DNA of 54,440 nucleotides, taken from positions 1 through 54,440 of the forward strand of contig NW_021832535.1 in assembly GCF_006345805.1 (NCBI RefSeq), read 5' to 3'. Positions 36,520-47,300 of this stretch are shown piece after piece. The position numbers and the translations under genes are program-made. The notes beneath the pieces are model-generated. The model was given only the letters and a program-made list of their open reading frames with translations. It ran no database searches and was not told the DNA's origin. Every line of letters starts with the position of its first letter. Within the stretch, counting starts at the first letter, position 1. The stretch comes from Octopus sinensis (lineage: Eukaryota).

Positions 36520-37360
36520 TCTTTATATATAAAAGAAAGGTTGTGTGTCTGTCTACTCCGATTTAGATTCCTAACTACTCCCACATTTTGCGATGCAGTT
36601 TAACCAAAACCGAGTATCTTATAGTCGTGATTCATATCGAGCACTTCTGGTTATAAGCGCGCGTCTACGATGAGTCTATGATTTTACAAATAATTTACCA
36701 TCATTTTTTTTCCATTTTAATGCATATTTTTTTAATAAAGGGAAATAACTCTCAAACTTCACACCAATATGCGTGCTCATATGCGACATAATATCACATC
36801 AGCAACGTTTCCTCACACCCTCCTTGCACTTGGCGAAGGCAAAATACCAGGGGATGAAACTGGTAATATTGCCATCGATTCCATTTGTACCTTTGTTAAG
36901 ACGCCTTCTGATCTCAGAGTGCAGTGTTCCCAGATCTACAAGCTAATTATCAGAATATGGATTGGCCAAAAGGCTATACTGGCCCCGAGGAATAAAACTG
37001 TTCACCATATTAATGATGAAATGCTAAAACTCATTCCTGGGGAAGTCTATGTATATAAGTCTATCGATACAACTCCTGACCCAGAGGACGTCATCAACTA
37101 TCCAATAGAGGTACTCAATTCCTTTGAGCACCCCGGACTACCACCACACTTTCTCAAACTTAAAGTTGGTGCCCCTATAATGCTCATCAGATATTTGGTT
37201 CCCCCAAAACAATACAATGGCACACGTTTGATCGTTAAGTCCTTATCTCCCACTGTAAACTTATATCAATATTTGCCTGAATAATCATCATAATTCAGTG
37301 CAATCATTAACAGTACTTTCAAGCAATTCAGCCCCGAGCAACGCCGGGCAATTCTGCTAG
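36520..37360 (+). mobile_element. Helitron (family 1) retaining an internal PIF1-type helicase fragment
   Basis: Same termini as 2412 and 34227. Internal ORF 36769-37284 has KAILAPRNKTVHHIN and YPIEVLNSFEHPGLPPHFLKLKVGAPIMLIR..NGTRLIVK. Confidence 0.9.
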
Positions 37361-37393
37361 TATATATATATATATATCATCATCATCATCATA

Positions 37394-37456
<63 letters not shown>

Positions 37457-37494
37457 ATATACTTTATTTAAAGCAGCAGAAAATTCAACAAAAC

Positions 37495-37532
37495 CTGTTA
37501 CTCCGAGTTTCACGTTGCCGTTCATCGGACAG
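37495..37532 (-). ncRNA. Minimal type I hammerhead (family 2, copy c; CCGATGA core variant)
   Basis: CTGT-CCGATGA-ACG GCAA CGT-GAAA-CTC G GAG-TA-ACAG. Confidence 0.65.
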
Positions 37533-37576
37533 TTTTTGCTAGAATAGAACCGATATCGGTTCTATTCTAACAAAAA

Positions 37577-37614
37577 CTGTCCGATGAACGGCAACGGGAA
37601 ACTCAGAGTAACAG
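37577..37614 (+). ncRNA. Minimal type I hammerhead (family 2, copy d; CCGATGA core variant)
   Basis: CTGT-CCGATGA-ACG GCAA CGG-GAAA-CTC A GAG-TA-ACAG. Confidence 0.65.
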
Positions 37615-37843
37615 ATTTTGTTGAATTTTCTGCTGCTTTAAATAAAACATATTACTCTACCACTGGTATTTGAGTACTCTTTTTTCCACTTTGTTTCACA
37701 TTTATGTGTTTACTCCGGTATATATATATATATATATATATCATCATCATCACCATCATCATTTAACGCCCGCTTTCCATGCTAGCATGGGTTGGACGGT
37801 GATAATGAAAATATATGTATATATATATATATATAATACTTAT

Positions 37844-37922
<79 letters not shown>

Positions 37923-38129
37923 AGCAGATAAATGAATTATCTTATTACGGATAATTCGTAAGATAACCGATACCTGGGTAGCAAACTCACAACAGAAAGA
38001 ACACGGTTGAAGTTACGACCGTAGGGCATATACTCCGTGCCTTAGTGTGGAAATTTGAAGTTTAATTTAATATAATAAGTATAGGAAAGAATGGAGCTGA
38101 GCGAAGATTTAACAAAATTCCTTTATTTT

Positions 38130-38215
38130 ATTTTCGACATATGTTTCGAAGTCTGCAAAATCCCTAATTCCGAATGAATAAGGAGTCCATTATGCAGCTT
38201 TCTCATCAGGAAAAT
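38130..38215 (-). ncRNA. Type I hammerhead ribozyme (family 5)
   Basis: ATTTTC-CTGATGA-GAAAGCTGCA(35-nt loop)TGCAGACTTC-GAAA-CATATG-TC-GAAAAT. Perfect 6-bp stem I, palindromic stem III, GUC triplet. Confidence 0.85.
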
Positions 38216-38781
38216 CCAGGAACTTCTTTCGCCAACAAAATGCACAACAAGTTTTTAGATGACTGCTCACGAGGAGCCCATAGCGATAATGATAAATAGT
38301 GTCTATTTATAGGGGGTGACGTCAGATTGGTTGAATGTAGGAGAAACTGGCAGTAAATAGAGTTCAAGGGTTCAATCGAGGTTGGAGGAGGAGGAAGATA
38401 AAAGAATATTAAGGTGAGGGAGTGAATTCCGTTTGACTGGTGTTTATATTTGATTTATTTTATGAATGAGTGCTCGTATGTGTGAGTGTATAATTATCTT
38501 AATGTGTGTGTGTGTGTGGTGTCTGTGAATGCGTGATTGTGTGTGTAGAAGGCTGACAGAAAATTGACAGTCATGAGGTGAAAGGACTGTGTCTGTGTGT
38601 TCGAATGTGTCAACTTAAGAGGGAGTGGGCAGAGAGAGCCCACAATGGTAGCGAAAGGAGACTAGGGGACTGCTGGAATTGGTAGCAGCTCTTAGCAATT
38701 ATGAGAAAATCTTATAAACTAAAGGGATGAGATATCACAAATTAATTTTGTAGGAAATCCAGGGGTTATCTATATTAGACT

Positions 38782-40641
38782 TCATTGGTATGAGTGAAAG
38801 GTATGCTTTTTCCAGTGTAAGCATCTGAAAGATCTCTCGACAATCAAGTTTATTACTTGGCCTCGGGCAAACAGAATATGAAAGAGTTCGGAATTACAGA
38901 GGGCACAGATTTTTCTGCCCTTATCAAACGGTAAGGACACCGACAATATTGACCATTCCAGCGTAAAAGTTGAATTTGCGTTCTTCAAACGCCAGATTAA
39001 TTTGCTTAGCCCCGTGGTGTGCTGTTTACTCTTATCTCGGAACGTGGAAAAATGGTTGAGACCCTTGTGGCTAATTTAGAGGAGGTTGCGCCAATATAGA
39101 GGTAGACATCGGATCCAGTAGAAATTTTGCACTGGTAAGTGGCGTTTCTAATTTTGGAGTTATTTGATAAGAACCTTAATCTATTGGGATTAGTTTCCGA
39201 TACTAATACAGCGTTCTTATTTCTATGATGGGTGTAAAAATTACTGCTGGATTTGGGCACGATACTATTCATCCTATTTTCATTACTATTTAAGGCAATA
39301 TCACCGGCACATTCCCTGTTTCTGGAATGCTGTGATTGTTATTGTCCGTAAAACTACTGTTGTTAAGAACGCTGCTACTATTATTGTTGAGACCCCCCCC
39401 CCGTTAATGTCCTGGCCAGTGCTCTTATCCTTATTACTATTGCTAACGCCAATGCTGCTATGAAGGCTGCCAATATCTGTGCTATTTCTATTATTATTAT
39501 TATTACTATATGTTACATTGGAATTTGACAGTGCGGTGTCTCTGCTCATGGGTGATGAGACCTTATTTAGCAGCTTATTGTTATGGGAGGCAATTATCTG
39601 TGAGAGATTTTTAGTATTTGAGAAAGCAATCCTTACTTTATGCGAATTTATAGTGGAGTAATATCTCGAATTTCTGGGAAAATTCCTGGCAATGGCTTGG
39701 CGAAACTGTAGAGGGAGGTTAGATCCGATTTGTTTCCCAAATGGAATCACAAACCAGATATAGTTTTTTCTGTTCTTGGACTGGCTCAGAGTGTTAACCC
39801 TTATATTAAGGGGGGCATCTCTGTATTGAAGAATGGGTTTTGGCTTTCGATGGTCTCCCTTGGTCCGCAACTTATTTATGTTAGCTATATTTGAGTAGAC
39901 ATTGCTAGAGCTACCATCACTACTTATATTGTTTATATTATTGTAAGTTAACTTATCCCGATGAGCAAATACTGGTTTCGGAAGGGCCGGGTCGATATAT
40001 GCTACCTTTTCCCTATAACCGGCTTTTGACAGGGCGGCATTATAAAATTCCGCTTTTTGCTTAAAAATGTCGACGTTGGCAGATAAATTTGATAATCTTA
40101 AAGAAATATTTTTAACTAAATTATCTGTGATAGTTTTTGCGTGGTTACTGAAAATACTGACATATTTTAGGTTTGTGGAAGGTTTATGGTAGGGGCAGTA
40201 AGAATTGCTATGCAGATTTAGGGTAACATCTAAGAAATTGGCCTTAGTTAGTTCGTTGTCGAAAACTATGTTCATGCCCATCCTACTAAAGAACCTATCT
40301 AATCTATTTTTAGTTTTCTGTATCCTTCTGTTCGGGGCAATCTGTAGGTAAAAAAGACAATCGTCTCGATATAGACCGCCGCAGATGTCCGGGAATTGGT
40401 CGGCTAATTCATAGAGAATATAGATTCCGACCAAATCGGCTATCTGGGCGCTATCTGAGCTTCCCATTGGCACATCGAACTCGTTGGGAGTATACTTACA
40501 GATCCATAACTTATCTTCAAACTGTATAAAGGATTTTCTAGCCACTAGAATTATATTAATTTCCTCCCTTGTGAGGCCTGCCTTATTATGCGCGTGCCAA
40601 AGGGCCTTATTGAGTACACTAGGGTTTATCGAGGGGTACAC
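38782..40641 (-). pseudogene. PLE2 RT-GIY-YIG frame with three frameshifts
   Basis: YPSI, FDVPMGSSDSAQIADLVGIYIL, GGLYRDDCL, NFLDVTLNL. After shifts near 39395, ~39320 and ~39053 it reads TYQC..YLYIGAT..RVSNH..GLSKLIWRLK..CALC..CLH. Confidence 0.85.
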
Positions 40642-40840
40642 TAGGGTTTATCGGTTCCATCAGTAAGTACATTTTAGACAAATACATACCTAGATTAGTT
40701 AATAAGCTTAAGCTCAACCTTTGGGCGAGCTCCACGCAAGTCGTAAATTGGTTTTCTTCCATTTCTAATAAAAACAGCACTAAGTTCATTCAGTTCGATA
40801 TTGCTAATTTCTACCCCTCGATAAACCCTTACTTTGTGTG

Positions 40841-41236
40841 TAGGCGCAGGAGTGGCTGTGTGGTAAGTAGCTTGTTTACCAACCACATGGTTCCGGGTTC
40901 AGTCCCACTGCGTGGCATCTTGGGCAAGTGTCTTCTACTATAGCCTCGGGCCGACCAAGGCCCTGTGAGTGGATTTGTTTCATGGAAACTGAAAGAAGCC
41001 CGTCGTATATATGTATATATATATATGAGTGTGTGTGTGTGTCTGTGTTTGTCCCCCTAGCATTGCTTGACAACCGATGTTTACGTCCCCGTTACTTAGC
41101 GGTTCGGCAAAAGAGACCGATAGAATAAGTACTGGGCTTACAAAAGAAAAAGTCCCGGGATCGAGTTGCTCGATTAAAGGCGGTGCTCCAGCATGGCCGC
41201 AGTCAAATGACTGAAACAAGTAAAAGAGAGTAAAAG

Positions 41237-41292
<56 letters not shown>

Positions 41293-41377
41293 ATATACAT
41301 ATATATACATATACATAAAGGCGGTGCTCCAGCATGGCCGCAGTCAAATGACTGAAACAAGTAAGAGAGTAAAAGGG

Positions 41378-41380
<3 letters not shown>
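40841..41380 (+). mobile_element. Family A SINE with a tandemly duplicated 3' end
   Basis: Full element to ~41240. AAGGCGGTGCTCCAGCATGG...GAGTAAAAGGG is repeated at ~41318-41380 after (TA)n. Confidence 0.85.
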
Positions 41381-41410
<30 letters not shown>

Positions 41411-41417
41411 TATATAT

Positions 41418-41453
<36 letters not shown>

Positions 41454-41503
41454 CATAAATAGATATATACATAAAAAGATAGACAGATAGAGAGAGTGAT
41501 GGC

Positions 41504-41566
<63 letters not shown>

Positions 41567-42006
41567 TTAGATAGAGAGAGAGAGATAGGCAGAAAGTGAC
41601 GTTCCCGGATACACACACACACACACACACACAACATCACACATAAATACACACACACGCACAAACATAAACAGGCGTGTATACACACACACAGACACAC
41701 CGACACACACCCCAGACATCATTCGTCTTATGTGTATACATGTGTAATACTCCACCCTCTCTCTCCCCCTTTCTCTCTCTATAGACGTATGTAAATATTC
41801 ATACACACTTACATATATAAATATTTACCTGCTTATGTACATACATAAATACATACATATACACACATCCGTTAGTTTTCCTTTCTTTTTCACGTCCAAA
41901 TTAATTATAATTCCTAATTAATGACTTAATTGTGACACATTTGATGTCATTTAACATTATTTAATTCATAAAAATGCTGACAATGTCTCTTTGATTTTAA
42001 ATAAAT

Positions 42007-42236
42007 AATTTAGACAAAGTTTTGTCTAAATTTCCCGCCTTTTTCTCCACGTTTTTTGTCATTCAAATTAGCGTTGCTAGGCAACAATAGAAGCAATTGA
42101 ACGGGAAGCGGCAGAAGTTATAGAGAGACTCCAGACTGGGCGGTTTGTGTGATACCAGACCAGAAATATCACCAGACACCCTTAAGCATGGGTTGTCACA
42201 GATGGATTTACCCGTCGTCTTTTCTACGAGGTATGC
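42007..42236 (+). promoter_or_regulatory. Putative promoter and first exon: RFX X-box, E2F-like site, splice donor
   Basis: GTTGCTAGGCAAC (42073-42085), TTTCCCGC (42031-42038), 12-bp palindrome at 42007-42032, CpG-richer segment, donor GAG|GTATGC at 42230/42231. Confidence 0.4.
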
Positions 42237-42448
42237 TTATGTGTGTGCAAGAAGGCTACGTATAATAATGATGTATATTTATATTCCTATATAAATGTAT
42301 TGGCAATCCTGAGTCGGAAATTATCCAATACCTCAAATATTCCAACATCTTTTGATATTTCTTTTTTAAACTTGTACATATACATGAATAAATGTATACA
42401 CAAACACACATACATATAATATATATATACACACCTACATTTCTACAG

Positions 42449-42488
<40 letters not shown>

Positions 42489-43633
42489 CATCCTGTGGCA
42501 TAACTACAGATGAACACCCCATCGACTTTGTTTCCTCATAACTTCCAGGAAAATGGATATTTTTAATGAAACTTCCACTTTTCTAAGAGAAAAGGATGCT
42601 CTCAAAAGAAATCCTCTTTTACAAAGCTCTTATTTAAATCCCTGTGGATAAATCCCAGCAAGAATCTTCTCAGGCTCTCCAATATTTTACAATTATATAA
42701 AGAGAAAGAATCGGGGGCCAGGAAGTGGGGCTAAAAATAATCAGAGATTTTAAAAATATTCTTTTTATTTTTTTGTAACATAAATGTGTTTCTGAGGGAA
42801 AAAATGAGAAAAAAAAGAAGACAAGGAGGGTGGTGTGCTAGAAACAACAGCCAAATCTCCCTTAAATCACACACTTTTTCCCTCGAACCCTTACAAAACA
42901 TTTTGCCAACAAATTTCTTTTTAATCGTAATCTACATCGTTTGAAAGTTATTTCTACCAAATTCATTCAAAAATACCCATTTTTATACAAAAATACCTTT
43001 ATACACATGTATATACCTACATATACACACAGGTCTTTGCTATGTTTTTTAAACACATAAAACTCATAGATGCATACTTTTATAATATTTTACACTTAAA
43101 CCGCCGCAGGACAATATTTTCGGAGTTGCTTCTTAAAGTGTCCTTCACTTTTTTTATGACAAACGATACAAATTTCAGAGTATTTGGCTGTTATTTCTAG
43201 CATGATGTTAGGCCATCTATAGGACAATATTTGACATGGATGCTTTGGAAATTGTTCTTCGATTTTTATTTGTGATGAGACAAAAATGTGAAGGTTTTTG
43301 TGGCTCTTTCTAGCATGAAATGAGACCATATACAGGTCAATTTTATTTATGAATGCTTCTTATCTGTCCTTCAAATTTTATATGAAAAATAAAGTGGTTT
43401 CTATTTCTAGCGTGAAAAAGACCAGCTATGGGAAAGCTTTTACTGAATGCTTCTTAAAGTGTCCTTCTCTTTTTATGAACCCCCAACAACAACAACAACA
43501 ACAACCCTACGAGGACGAAAGGCAATGTTTGTGCGTGTGTGCAGTTGGAATGTCACTGCAAGAACAACAACAATCTATTCTTTTTAAACGTTAAAAACTG
43601 TCAGATGCAGACTGCACACACGCACACACAACG

Positions 43634-43717
43634 ATGATGACGACGACGATGATGATGATGACGATGATGATGGTGATGATGACGACGATGATGATGACGA
43701 TGATGGTGATGATGATG

Positions 43718-43749
<32 letters not shown>

Positions 43750-44035
43750 GGTGATGATGATGACGATGATGATGGTGATGATGATGATGATGATGATGAT
43801 GATGACGATGATGATGACGATGATGATGACGACGACCACGACGGCGGAGACGACGACGACGACGGAGACGACGACGACGGCGGAGACGACGACGACGGCG
43901 GAGACGACGACGACCACGACGACGACGGCGGAGACGACCACGACGACGACGACGACGGCGGAGACGACGACGACGACGACGGCGGAGACGACGACGACCA
44001 CGACGACGGCGGAGACGGCGGCGGTGGTCGTCTGC
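43634..44035 (+). repeat. Compound (GAT)n/(GAC)n repeat with GGCGGAGAC higher-order units
   Basis: Direct reading. It generates the poly-M/T, poly-S and poly-V/I ORFs in the track. Confidence 0.95.
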
Positions 44036-44395
44036 CTTTTAATGGAGAATCAATGATTATGAAAGTCTCTGCTTTCGGACCAGACATTCCTATACATACA
44101 TGCATGCGTATATATATATATATATATATACACATACACACACAAACATACATATTTATAGCCTTATTTCTATACATACATTCCTAAATATGTGTGTATA
44201 TATATATAAACGCATGTATATATACTGTATATAAATATATACACACACAAAGAGAGAGTGTTGAGGAATGTTACGACAATAAGTGTGTAGAATGCAATGT
44301 ATGCGATGCAGGTTCGATTCCCGGGCGAAGCCATTTACAACAACAACAACAATAATAAGAAGAAGAAGATTGAAGTTTAATATTTCTGGAAATAT

Positions 44396-47300
44396 TTATT
44401 TGTCAAAATAAAAGAAAGCAAAAGATTGACGTCCAGGAATAATTCCAAAAACCATCAAAGAATTGTCTGAAACATCCAAACCAAGAACTTCAAAGACTTC
44501 ATTATCATCCCGTCTGAGGAGTAAATATTTTGGATTATCTTTTAATCCCCGGATTTCATCATCTTCAGATGTTTCCTCTTCAATATGTCGAGGTATTTCG
44601 TAAATATTGTTTCTGAAATCTGTTATATAAACACATTCACCAATTATGGTCAGACGAGGTCTTGGAGTATAATATTCCCGACCATAAAACATTTCTTCTA
44701 TTCTTATCCTCCTCACCAAAGACTTTTCCCTGAACCATTCCACAAAACACAAAACTTCCCAATCTCCAGACCCCTTCTTCTTCTTCATCTCCCACCTCAC
44801 AACAACAACATCACCAAAAGATGTGACTCCCACATCATCCACCCCTTCTTCTCCCTCAAACCTTCTCCGTCTCCTCATCTTCCCACGACACACACTTCAT
44901 CTACATTTCCCATCTTCAAAATCAACCACATCCACATAATAAGGGTCAAAGATGTCAAAGTCTTTGCAATAATAGTAATACTTGTTGTTTCTCCATATTC
45001 TTTTGTATTTCTTGTGTCTCTCTTTTGAGTTATGTCTCTAATATAATGACCACCACACACGAGTTGATTGTCGTTGTATTTATAAATCCTGTTGTAGTAT
45101 TTCTCAGTTCTGATGGTTTTTAAACGACGGAGATCCTTGTTGAAGACCCTCATTTCTCTCCCAAAGGCGACAATGAAACATTCCTCTGTCCACCGACATA
45201 TGTCCAGTGGTGGTCGTTGTTGTTGTTCATGTTGAAGTATGTCCACTGTTGTTGTTGTTGTGTTCTGATTAATGTGACACTTTCTCGAAACATCAACACA
45301 CTCACATTCTCATCTAACTTAATTAGTTTACTGTTCCGGTCCCTAATGTCCCTCAAATCATAATCAACAGGTTCCTCGAATGCAGGAATGGAAAAAGGGA
45401 CCATTGCTGTCCTATATGGAAGTCTCCTCACTGATATTTCATCAATTCCTGAATTATTAATCTCCGCTATGTAATTACCACATCTCACCTTTAATCTACC
45501 TTTACCAATTATTTCACCTGATTTACCTCTTCTTCTTCTTCCTCCTCCATCTCCATCTCCTCCTCTGTATTCCATTTATTAATTAATTCATTACTGAATA
45601 TTTCCTTGTTCGTTTCAGATGTAATGGAAGGGAAACGAAGACCAGAATCAAGATTTAATGACGACACAGATTCCAGAATGTTCACTTGGTCCCCATCAAT
45701 CTTTATGCAATGACATTCAATCAATTCATTATGTACACACCAGTAAATACCCGCCACTTTTCTCCATATTACACCATAAGGGATGAGACTCGACCAAACT
45801 TGAGATGTCTGCAAATCTTCTCCATTCAGTTGAAATATTTCTTTCCTTTTAGGAACCGTGGCCATTATGTGTGATTCTTGTGTAAAACACACACCACCAA
45901 CTAAACTTGCAACATTTCTGTGATGTAGCAACTGGCCGTCTGCATCGAATATTTTAACATTTCCATTATTGGCTTTTTCACACACAACTGTCTTTCCTTC
46001 CTCAGAGACATCAAAATCTTTTACTTGAACAGGACATTCGTCTGTTTGTAAACGAGCAACCGGGAAGCTGTCTCGATTCACCATAAACAACCCTTCAACA
46101 TACAATTCATTCCTTCTCCCCTCCAGGGCCTTCCAACAAACCTTGGTCCTTTACAGTCTATACTGGAGAAATCTACTTCATCTTTATAAATTCTTTTATT
46201 TAAAAATATTCTCTTGTATTCCCCATTCTGGGTCAAACACAAAATATTTCGATATTCGGATGAAACAAAACATTTCTCCCACTCACCATAAATGTACAAA
46301 AAACTGTCATCGATTGTCATCCTGTCTTCATCATCACCAAAATAATCCTCCATGTAGTGTCTGACTGAATGTAAATATTGACCACCACTGTTGAAGAAAA
46401 TGATGAATCTTTCGTTGAAGACAATGATGACATCTTCATCAGTAACTTTAATATCCCGGATTTCATCAGAATACTTTCCATCTTCTCTTCTCCCTATTAA
46501 TGGTTCAGGTATGTCTACTTTTTTTATTTCCTTCACACTCGAATGTATTTCATCAATATCAACAAAATGCAAATGTCTTCCATCTCCCATTCACTAAAAA
46601 CCAGTTGATTATTTGATAAAGAAGCCACACATTCATATTTATTTCTCGTTTTGTAAATTACCAACGACAATGGAAATTCCACTTTTAATGTCAACAGTTG
46701 GGATTTATTATAATAAAGATCCAACCCGTAATGACCAGTGTGTTTGACTGCCATCGACACATTTAAATATCTCTATAAACATTCACTTTGATTGAATCCA
46801 TAAGGTGACCATCCAATGTAATATCTTAATGTTTCTATTCCCCCCGTCCCATGCTGCAATCAGATTATTTTCAGTAAGAACCAAAGATCTAATCTCCGCT
46901 GGTTCTTCGTCTCCCCAATGTTTAGGGAGAGGAATACGTCTGCCTTTATCAGAAACTGTCAGGTCCTGTAGATATAAAGTGGAAGACAACATTTCACTGA
47001 GAGAAATGTGTCTGGAAAATACATCCACCAGGTCGATATAATAATTAAGTTGATTATTAGTAACGAGATCATTAAGCAACAAAAATTCTGATCGTTTATG
47101 GCAAACATACGGCTTCTGTCTATCAGATAACAGACGTTTGGTCAATAGATCCACCTTGGAGACTGAGGGGACGTTTCACTTGGGACATTAAAACACTGGG
47201 GACCATCTGACGACCGCCATGACCACCACCACTAATGTCCTTGAAGAAAGCTTCTGTTCGGACTCTGAATCACTGAAAACCATACCATCACTACTACTAA

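Larger units (their letters stand above)
37461..37719 (+). mobile_element. 259-bp non-coding miniature of the PLE1 family: palindromic pLTR ends with two hammerheads
   Basis: 37463-37554 and 37555-37646 are head-to-head inverted arms with no loop (centre CCGAT|ATCGG), followed by the same ~70-nt tail as PLE1. (TA)n on both sides. Confidence 0.88.
37921..40829 (-). mobile_element. Penelope-like element (PLE2): RT, GIY-YIG and 3' pLTR, with a 5' inversion
   Basis: Minus-strand RT and EN frames, hammerhead at 38130-38215, RT upstream segment on the plus strand at 40650-40829. Confidence 0.9.

Noticed and set aside
37463-37646. A/G differences between the miniature's arms as a fossil of ADAR editing
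   Set aside because: Polarised with PLE1, two changes are A>G in one arm and two are G>A in the other, which fits ordinary transitions.
39290-39312. In-frame TGA in a Cys context (MCR*YC) in PLE2, considered as selenocysteine because some Naiad PLEs encode Sec
   Set aside because: The frame is already shifted at the upstream poly-G, a TAG follows within five codons, and the position does not match a conserved Cys. PLE1 has ordinary Cys codons and no internal TGA.
44281-44333. tRNA-like GGTTCGATTCCC B-box
   Set aside because: There is no A-box, acceptor stem or cloverleaf, so at most a remnant.
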